A stretch of DNA of 42,926 bases from Candidatus Cerribacteria bacterium 'Amazon FNV 2010 28 9' (GTDB lineage: Bacteria; Patescibacteriota; Microgenomatia; UBA1400; UBA12028). The position numbers were made by a program, and so were the translations under genes. This document shows, piece after piece, positions 35,603 to 41,944 of the stretch. The notes under the pieces were generated by a model that did not search any database, was not told where the DNA came from, and saw only the letters and a list, made by a program, of their open reading frames with translations. The DNA lies in NCBI GenBank assembly GCA_003176165.1, contig PSRQ01000032.1, positions 1 through 42,926 of the forward strand, given 5' to 3'. Each line of letters opens with the position of its first letter. Position 1 is the stretch's first letter.

Positions 35603-35806
35603 CTCTGGTACAGGACGAGTCTTCCGGCAAGTCACCGATGAGTTGACCTGCCCCATCCCGCCAAGCGGGACTGTACCCTTCGCTCGCTTGAGAAACGAGA
35701 AGGTTATTCTAGAGCTTTCTATCCATTCTCCCATGTAATCATTACTTTTTCTTGATACTTCTTACGTTCTTTTCTTTCATACTTTCTTTTCAGGAAAGGA
35801 AATTGT

Positions 35807-36115
35807 ATGGCCCTTCAAGAAGAAGATATGCTTGTGAATATTCGTATGAATGGTACAGAAATACTGGAAGGGGAACAGGAGAAAGCCCTACAAACCCTCC
35901 GAAAAGCTGCTTGGTTTATCGAAACAACCCAACAGCACATTGAGAAAGATCTGTATGCAAAAGTGACAGAGGGTGAGCGTACTCTTTTTCAAACAATGAT
36001 TGAAGAGTTAACCACCCATGCTCTAGAGCTTGGTATTGACAACGGACGCATTGTTGAAGTAATCCAAGCAGGGATGAGATATGCGGAAATGGAATGGGTT
36101 CTGCGCCATGTATGA
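35807..36115 (+). CDS. Hypothetical protein
   Basis: AAGGA RBS; 102-aa helical ORF. Confidence 0.6.
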   Translation: MALQEEDMLVNIRMNGTEILEGEQEKALQTLRKAAWFIETTQQHIEKDLYAKVTEGERTLFQTMIEELTTHALELGIDNGRIVEVIQAGMRYAEMEWVLRHV

Positions 36116-36162
36116 AGTGTTTTCTGCTGTACGTTCACTCCAACTTGCGCTAGAGTATACAT

Positions 36163-36735
36163 ATGAGTGATTCTGCATCCCTACCTCCTGTAGCAAATCA
36201 ACCCTCCTCTCAATCAAACCAGCATGATCAGCATGAGGAAAAGATGTTGGTATCTTGGCAGGCAGCATCGCGCCCATTCAAAAAACGTGATCGTGAGTTT
36301 TATACGACAATCGCTATCATTGTGTTCTTGTTGACTCTCATTCTCTTTTTTGCAGGGCAATTCTTGCTGATTGCGGTGTTGATTTCGCTCGCATTTGTCA
36401 CCTACGTGCTTAATTCTGTGCCTCCAGAGCCTGTTCATAACGCCGTGACGACGTTTGGTATTCGGACAGGGGATCAGTTGTTTTATTGGCAGGAATTGGG
36501 TCGTTTTTGGTTTGGAGAGCAGTATAAGTCGCAATTATTGTATATTGAAACAGCACGTGCATTTCCAGCACAGTTAATTCTCATCATTGATGGAGTGGAT
36601 CAAGAAAACTTAAAAAAAATTCTTCTTAAGTACACAGTCCATGAAAAACCAAAAGCGACGTGGTTGGATAATGCCGCTAACTGGATGCAAGAAAAGTTTC
36701 CCTTAGAAAAAGAAGAAAAACCTTCACAAAAATAA
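36163..36735 (+). CDS. Two-TM membrane protein of unknown function
   Basis: WQAASRPFKKRDREFY, two TM helices and YWQELGRFWF. Confidence 0.75.
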   Translation: MSDSASLPPVANQPSSQSNQHDQHEEKMLVSWQAASRPFKKRDREFYTTIAIIVFLLTLILFFAGQFLLIAVLISLAFVTYVLNSVPPEPVHNAVTTFGIRTGDQLFYWQELGRFWFGEQYKSQLLYIETARAFPAQLILIIDGVDQENLKKILLKYTVHEKPKATWLDNAANWMQEKFPLEKEEKPSQK

Positions 36736-36780
36736 CTTTTCTTCGTTTTGTTCTCCCGATGATACAATACTTCTGAATTT

Positions 36781-36852
36781 GCTCCCGTAGTCTAATGGAT
36801 AGAACATTGGCCTCCGAAGCTGAAAATGTGCGTTCGATTCGCACCGGGAGCA
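36781..36852 (+). tRNA. tRNA-Arg(CCG)
   Basis: Acceptor GCTCCCG/CGGGAGC, loop CTCCGAA, GTGCG-TTCGATT-CGCAC. Confidence 0.92.
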
Positions 36853-36864
36853 CTGTTCGACTTG

Positions 36865-36957
36865 CCCTTCTGTAGTCCTGAGCTTGTCGAAGAACGAAGG
36901 AGGGTTCCCACCAAAGACACCGAAGAAATTTTCAATTTACGAATTTACAATTTTCAA
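36865..36957. repeat. Palindromic element plus AATTT(A/T)C heptamer array after tRNA-Arg(CCG)
   Basis: CCCTTCTGTAGT[CCTGAGCTTGTCGAAGA]ACGAAGGAGGG, then AATTTTC AATTTAC GAATTTAC AATTTTC. Confidence 0.65.
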
Positions 36958-36978
36958 ACGATAAGGAGTATAGAAAAT

Positions 36979-37404
36979 ATGGAAAACAAAAATGAAACAT
37001 CAGCCGGAGGGGTGGTCTTCCGGAAAAAAGGAAAGAACTACGAAGTATTAATCTCCAAGCACTCTGGATACCACAAGTGGGTATTGCCCAAAGGATTGGT
37101 TGAACAAGGGGAAACGCACGAGCAAACAGCGGTTCGCGAGGTAAAAGAAGAAGTAGGGGTCGAGGCACGCATTATCAAGCCTTTGGGTGAACCTGAATCA
37201 TATATCTATACACTGAATGGTGTTCGTATTTTCAAAAAGGTCTATTATTTTCTTATGGAGTATGTGGGAGGAAGTGAACAAGAACATGATTTTGAGATGG
37301 AGGATGTTGTGTGGGTGAGCATTGACGAAGCAATCGAACGTATGGGATTTGAGGGAGCGAAAAATGTGCTCAAACAGGCTAAAAAAGAGTTAGAAAAGGA
37401 ATAA
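36979..37404 (+). CDS. Nudix hydrolase (Ap4A hydrolase-like)
   Basis: ETSAGGVV and WVLPKGLVEQGETHEQTAVREVKEEVG. Confidence 0.9.
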   Translation: MENKNETSAGGVVFRKKGKNYEVLISKHSGYHKWVLPKGLVEQGETHEQTAVREVKEEVGVEARIIKPLGEPESYIYTLNGVRIFKKVYYFLMEYVGGSEQEHDFEMEDVVWVSIDEAIERMGFEGAKNVLKQAKKELEKE

Positions 37405-37405
37405 T

Positions 37406-37762
37406 ATGTTGTCACAACCAAAGAAAAAAACAAGGCGCCAGTTGCATAACACGCCATTTCGGCAGTACTTCAATTTACTCAGTGATATTGATAAGGGGCA
37501 GCGCTATAGTCACGAGTATGGTTCGGTGCTCATCCTCTCGTTAGTTGAAGAAGTAGGAGAAATGGCACGTGCATATCTGGCAGAACATGGCCGAAAGAAA
37601 TTAAATTTAGCGGCACAACATGATGAAACATATGAACAAGAACTGGGTGATTTACTTTTAACAATCCTGCGCATCGCGCGTATCAAAAATATTAACCTTG
37701 ATGAGCGGCTCATGTATTCACTTGAGAAAGTGAAGAAGCGAAAACTCAAGCCAAAAGAATAG
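37406..37762 (+). CDS. MazG-like nucleotide pyrophosphohydrolase
   Basis: LVEEVGEMA...EQELGDLL motif. Confidence 0.82.
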   Translation: MLSQPKKKTRRQLHNTPFRQYFNLLSDIDKGQRYSHEYGSVLILSLVEEVGEMARAYLAEHGRKKLNLAAQHDETYEQELGDLLLTILRIARIKNINLDERLMYSLEKVKKRKLKPKE

Positions 37763-37794
37763 GTGTCGCTCTTCGTGCTACACTTGACACAGCG

Positions 37795-37971
37795 ATGTCA
37801 CTCAAAACATTTATTTATGGTGGGGTATTTGTAGGGTCGATCATTGGAGGATATATTCCTGTCCTCTGGGGAACAGGTCTCCTTTCGTTTAGCAGTGTGT
37901 TGTGGAGTGCTATCGGAGGATTCGTCGGTCTCGTTATCGCATACAAGATTGGAAAGAACTTATTTTTGTAA
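37795..37971 (+). CDS. Small Gly-rich membrane protein (58 aa)
   Basis: MSLKTFIYGGVFVGSIIGGYIPVLWGTGLLSFSSVLWSAIGGFVGLVIAYKIGKNLFL with TGcTACACT upstream; below the ORF-track cutoff. Confidence 0.7.
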   Translation: MSLKTFIYGGVFVGSIIGGYIPVLWGTGLLSFSSVLWSAIGGFVGLVIAYKIGKNLFL

Positions 37972-38023
37972 ATTTGTGGATTTATCTTGCCCGCCTTCGC
38001 TCTATGAGCTTTGGCGAGGTGAA

Positions 38024-38187
38024 AGCGGAGAGGGTGGGTATCCCAGGTTGCTATCGCACCTGGGTCCATTTCTCATGTCGCCTCATTGGTGACTTGATGT
38101 GCAGATTCGTAAAGCGACATCGCGCTCTACTCCCTTGTCTTTGAAAACTCAGAAATTGAGTTTTCAAAAGTCAGCGGAGAGGGTGGG
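38024..38187. repeat. 15-bp direct repeat of the tRNA-Ser 3' end (att-like)
   Basis: AGCGGAGAGGGTGGG at 38024-38038 and 38173-38187. Confidence 0.7.
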
Positions 38188-38259
38188 ATTCGAACCCACG
38201 GTGACTTGCGCCACAATCGCTTAGTAGGCGATCGCACTAGACCACTATGCGACCTCTCC
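38175..38259 (-). tRNA. tRNA-Ser with ACT anticodon
   Basis: GGAGAGG TC GCA-TAGTGGTCTAG-TGC G ATCGC-CTACTAA-GCGAT T GTGGC-GCAA-GTCAC C GTGGG-TTCGAAT-CCCAC CCTCTCC G. Confidence 0.9.
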
Positions 38260-38299
38260 AGAGGAAACTCATCGTTTTCTGACGGTTCCTTGTTAGTAT

Positions 38300-38321
38300 A
38301 GTATACCAGATCTGGTATACT
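38300..38321. promoter_or_regulatory. Perfect 22-bp palindrome made of back-to-back extended -10 boxes
   Basis: AGTATACCAGATCTGGTATACT, giving TGgTATACT on each strand, between divergent genes. Confidence 0.65.
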
Positions 38322-38332
38322 TTCTCCTATAT

Positions 38333-38557
38333 ATGACAGAGCAGGATAACCCATATCGCCAATTGCAGGAGCGACTGACAGTACTAACCAGGGAAATGCC
38401 TTGTCCGGCTTGTGGCGAACGGAAGCTGCAATTGCGAGGTAACAGTCAGCTTGTGTGTTCCAATAGAGATGGACATCAAAATCACGAGCCGCGAACAGTT
38501 ACGGCGGGGGAAATCGCACAGTTTTTGCGCATTCATCAAATTTCAGCGTCACGATAA
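38333..38557 (+). CDS. Small zinc-ribbon-like protein
   Basis: CPACG...CSNRDGH. Confidence 0.55.
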   Translation: MTEQDNPYRQLQERLTVLTREMPCPACGERKLQLRGNSQLVCSNRDGHQNHEPRTVTAGEIAQFLRIHQISASR

Positions 38558-41338
38558 GACATCTTCCTGAGGTTTTTCCTTGATAAATTCTGCAAGTTCT
38601 GCAATCACGGCAGTGGTGCCATGTTGAACATATCCATCTTGTTGCAATGCCGTGATGCGATCCTGTACATTGAGAGAATCAGGATGAACAAGAATACTCA
38701 AAAATGCTCCATTTACTTCTTTTTCAAACACCAACAGGGTTTGGAAGTATGTAGGATCCCCTGGTTTTTGATATTCTTGCAATATGTGTTGAGCGAGAGG
38801 GTTGCCGCGAAGATCTGAGACAACCCATGACTCTCGCAGCGCATCTTCAGGGAAAAGAAGCGATGTTCGTCGGATGATCGCAGCGATGGCCTGTTCCATT
38901 CGGGTGTATTGATCTCGTTGCTGAGTATCAGATTGTATGTCAGTGTTTGAAGGAAAACGGATAGCCACACACACTTCTCGAGTTCCGCTAATAGTCATTT
39001 GTTCGTGCGTATTGAAGTTCTCAACAGGGAGATCTTCTTCATACTGTGGGTTTAGGTCCCATTGTCCCTTACGATCGACCATTGATTTTTTTGAGTAAAA
39101 AGAAATGTCATCAGGGTGAAAAAGCGAGTCCCCATTCCCATCCTTGAGTGCAAAAAGATCTTGGAGAAGTGCTCCAATATGCTCTTCATTTTGGACGTAC
39201 ATGTTGTAGGTAAGGGTGGGGATATGGCTGTTTACAATCTCTTCAACCTTTGCATGGCTTGCTGCCTCAAAAATGTTGACTCCAGAGGTATACTCGCGGC
39301 GTATGATCTCGAGACCTTCTTGAGCAGCCTGTAGATTTTTACTAATCCTTTCTGAAAATGTGCCACTATTTTTGATCTCATTTGCCAATTCCATACGTTT
39401 AGCATGTCCTTCTTGTCGAGTTAAAAAGGGAAGAGCAGAGAGCTCATACATATTCCCATTTTTGACTAATTCGAGTACTTGAGCACCTCGTTCTCCTAGA
39501 TGTTGTTCAACAAATCGATCGGCGTTTTGTGGAATTTCAGCGACAAAATAGAGCGTTTCTTGCTCTGTTGGGTAGCGAATGATGCGAATTGCTCGAAAAA
39601 TAGCCCCATACGGTATGGTATCTGAAGGGTGTATGAAAGAAATTTCTTGCTGGAGGCGATTGATAAACTCTTCATTTACCCCACCCATGATTCGAATATT
39701 ATTTTTGAGGAAGAACTCATCAATTGATTCTCCACTGCGTTCATCACGTTTTTCAACTTTGGGAAGAAGATTTTTTGTTTCTTTGTGCACCGATTCTGAA
39801 AATACATCAGCATCGGATTCCATAAACACTGTTCGTGCATGTGTCCCTGCAGGGATAAGGCTCATTTTTGCTTGAGCTCGTGCCATGGCGATTTTTAAAA
39901 ACACACGATTTCCAAAGTTCTCTTTGATCCACTGCGCAGCTTCTTTTTCAACTTCTGTTCCGGATGTCATTTTGTCATCCACGAGTTGATTCCATGAGGC
40001 GGACAACGTTTTGATGTAGTCAAGGAATTCAAGTGATGGTGGCAAGATAGAATCAGGAGCCGTGTTAGCAAGTGCAACGAACCCATCGCCTGCAAGTTCT
40101 GAAGGATGCATGTGACGCAGATGTGCACTCGTAACTGCATCCAGGAGCCACTCTCGAAAAAGTGAGGTAATACCTGTCTGCTGTTTGCGGCGCTCGATTA
40201 CTTTTTGTTGTCGTTTCAGTTGATCTTGGGGGCTAAGATGGTGTTGCTCTGTGGAAAATAGTTCATTGAACTCTTTTTCAAATGCGCTTGTGATGGCTGT
40301 CATGCCAGAAATGTCAACATTAACAATTGTTTCTCTCTGGTCTATTGAGATTTCTTGTGTTGCGCGTTTTCCCTCCCGATGTCGGCGAATAGACTGGATA
40401 ATCAGCGATCGTACATCCGTGGGACTTTCATGTGCCTCCTCTGCAATTTCTTCTAGCGTGTACGGAGATTGTCCGATCGTCATCTCTTTGAAGACATCCC
40501 AATGGCTTGTGCAGGTGCGTTCCCATTGATCCCAAGAATCAGGATTAACTCTGGGGTTATTGGTTGCAGATTGTGTCGCTATGATCCCAATGTTGTCAAA
40601 CGTGGCGTTCTTTTTTGTATTTTTGTAACTCTTTTTTTCTAAGAGTGTGGGATCGTCTTCGTCTTGAGTAAGGATAGGAAGAGCCTTCCCGAGTTGGACT
40701 TGTTGTTCAAACGAGGAAAATTCGTTTCCATGTAAAGCAGCCGTTGCCGTAGCTGCAGGGAAGAGAACTCCTTGCGGTGTAACAGAAAGTGCTTGATACA
40801 CAAAAAGCTTTGGCCGTTCATTTCCCTCTGAGGGGATAGCAGCAATGCGTATGGTTGCTGTCTCCTGCGGTTTTCCAATGCTGATCCAGAAGGGAAGGGA
40901 ATTTCCCTTAAGGTTATTTTCTTCCAGTATACGGTTTGCTTGTGCAATGAAACGATCCAATGCTGAGATGGTGTTTGGTGAATCTTTCGTCAATGTGGTA
41001 AATTTGTCACCTTGTTGGAGTGTCCATCCTTGGAGTTGACTAGTCATCAAGCCTGTCAGTTCTCGCTGAAGATGCGGAGGAATATCGTCTCGGAAGGCGA
41101 TGGCAATATATCGATACGGAAGTGTATGGAGATCCACCACAACACGTTTTTTCTCTTGTCGTGCTTTTTCATATGCTCGTGTAATTTGTGCTGCATGCTC
41201 GATAAGTAAGGGACGAATAAATTCCGGTACCGACTCTATAGCCACGGTTCGACCCTGATGTTCACGATCACTCTCGCTCTCTATGAGAGTTTGATTTCTT
41301 TCGTTTATCTGAGGGGAGGGAAAAGAAATGCTGTCCAT
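38549..41338 (-). CDS. Large protein with a divergent class III nucleotidyl cyclase domain
   Basis: IVNVDISGMTAIT and ELAGDGFVAL supply the two metal-binding Asp motifs, followed by FLKIAMA. Confidence 0.6.
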   Translation of the reverse strand: MDSISFPSPQINERNQTLIESESDREHQGRTVAIESVPEFIRPLLIEHAAQITRAYEKARQEKKRVVVDLHTLPYRYIAIAFRDDIPPHLQRELTGLMTSQLQGWTLQQGDKFTTLTKDSPNTISALDRFIAQANRILEENNLKGNSLPFWISIGKPQETATIRIAAIPSEGNERPKLFVYQALSVTPQGVLFPAATATAALHGNEFSSFEQQVQLGKALPILTQDEDDPTLLEKKSYKNTKKNATFDNIGIIATQSATNNPRVNPDSWDQWERTCTSHWDVFKEMTIGQSPYTLEEIAEEAHESPTDVRSLIIQSIRRHREGKRATQEISIDQRETIVNVDISGMTAITSAFEKEFNELFSTEQHHLSPQDQLKRQQKVIERRKQQTGITSLFREWLLDAVTSAHLRHMHPSELAGDGFVALANTAPDSILPPSLEFLDYIKTLSASWNQLVDDKMTSGTEVEKEAAQWIKENFGNRVFLKIAMARAQAKMSLIPAGTHARTVFMESDADVFSESVHKETKNLLPKVEKRDERSGESIDEFFLKNNIRIMGGVNEEFINRLQQEISFIHPSDTIPYGAIFRAIRIIRYPTEQETLYFVAEIPQNADRFVEQHLGERGAQVLELVKNGNMYELSALPFLTRQEGHAKRMELANEIKNSGTFSERISKNLQAAQEGLEIIRREYTSGVNIFEAASHAKVEEIVNSHIPTLTYNMYVQNEEHIGALLQDLFALKDGNGDSLFHPDDISFYSKKSMVDRKGQWDLNPQYEEDLPVENFNTHEQMTISGTREVCVAIRFPSNTDIQSDTQQRDQYTRMEQAIAAIIRRTSLLFPEDALRESWVVSDLRGNPLAQHILQEYQKPGDPTYFQTLLVFEKEVNGAFLSILVHPDSLNVQDRITALQQDGYVQHGTTAVIAELAEFIKEKPQEDVLS

Positions 41339-41380
41339 GCATTTTTAATGATGGGTGAGGGACAGCAGAAAAGCAAGGAG

Positions 41381-41812
41381 TTATGGTTGAGTTTCGACTG
41401 TCTTCTTCAGCGCCTCTAGTACCGTGCTCCAATTTTGTTGAGAGTGTTCCTTATCATCTTCTGTTGCATTGTTGTCTTGAGTGATCGTGAGCAGTGTCCC
41501 TCCATCTTTTTCCTCCAAAGAGTACACGACTTTTTTGTAGTTTTGCGGCTCATCAGGAAGCCCATAGGCAACACTCCAATACGAAGTTTCAATGAGCTTG
41601 TTTGGAATGATCGCGAGAACTTTTCCTTTATCTTCGTATGGTTTTCCGTCCCAAACTCCCGAGTAGGTGATGGAGCTTCCGACGTTCCAATCCGTCTTCA
41701 TCTCTGTCCCAAATAACCATTGCTTGACGAGTGCTGGATTGGTCAGTGCCTTCCAAACTTTTTCTGGAGGAGCGTCGATCTGAAGAGAAGAGGAAGCTGT
41801 GAGATTTGACAT
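41381..41812 (-). CDS. SRPBCC/AHSA1-like ligand-binding domain protein
   Basis: IDAPPEKVWKALTNP...W.FG...NWSTVLEALKKTVE. Confidence 0.88.
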   Translation of the reverse strand: MSNLTASSSLQIDAPPEKVWKALTNPALVKQWLFGTEMKTDWNVGSSITYSGVWDGKPYEDKGKVLAIIPNKLIETSYWSVAYGLPDEPQNYKKVVYSLEEKDGGTLLTITQDNNATEDDKEHSQQNWSTVLEALKKTVETQP

Positions 41813-41944
41813 ACATGTAGTATACATGATTGCTGTCTACTTCACCTATTGACGCTCTTGCCTATTCGTATTTTCTCTGTGTTGTGCTCGCAAAATAGCT
41901 CATGTACGATGAGGAGATTGTTATAGTGTAAAAAGGAGAGACTC

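Noticed and set aside
35607-35702. Hammerhead ribozyme, SRP RNA or c-di-GMP riboswitch
   Set aside because: CCGATGAG only resembles CUGAUGA, with no correctly placed stem II/GAAA. The SRP and GEMM core motifs are absent.
35191-35738. ORF-track proteins overlapping the tRNA cluster, and the 36826 extension of the Nudix gene
   Set aside because: They are shadow translations of tRNA and repeat sequence.
38175-38259. Reassignment of AGA from Arg to Ser via the ACU tRNA
   Set aside because: AGA encodes invariant Arg in SufC (GGEKKR) and RnpA (RNR), so there is no wholesale reassignment.
38549-41338. Pycsar or CBASS defence operon
   Set aside because: No adjacent TIR, TM or cNMP-binding effector gene is visible, and the protein is far larger than a typical PycC.
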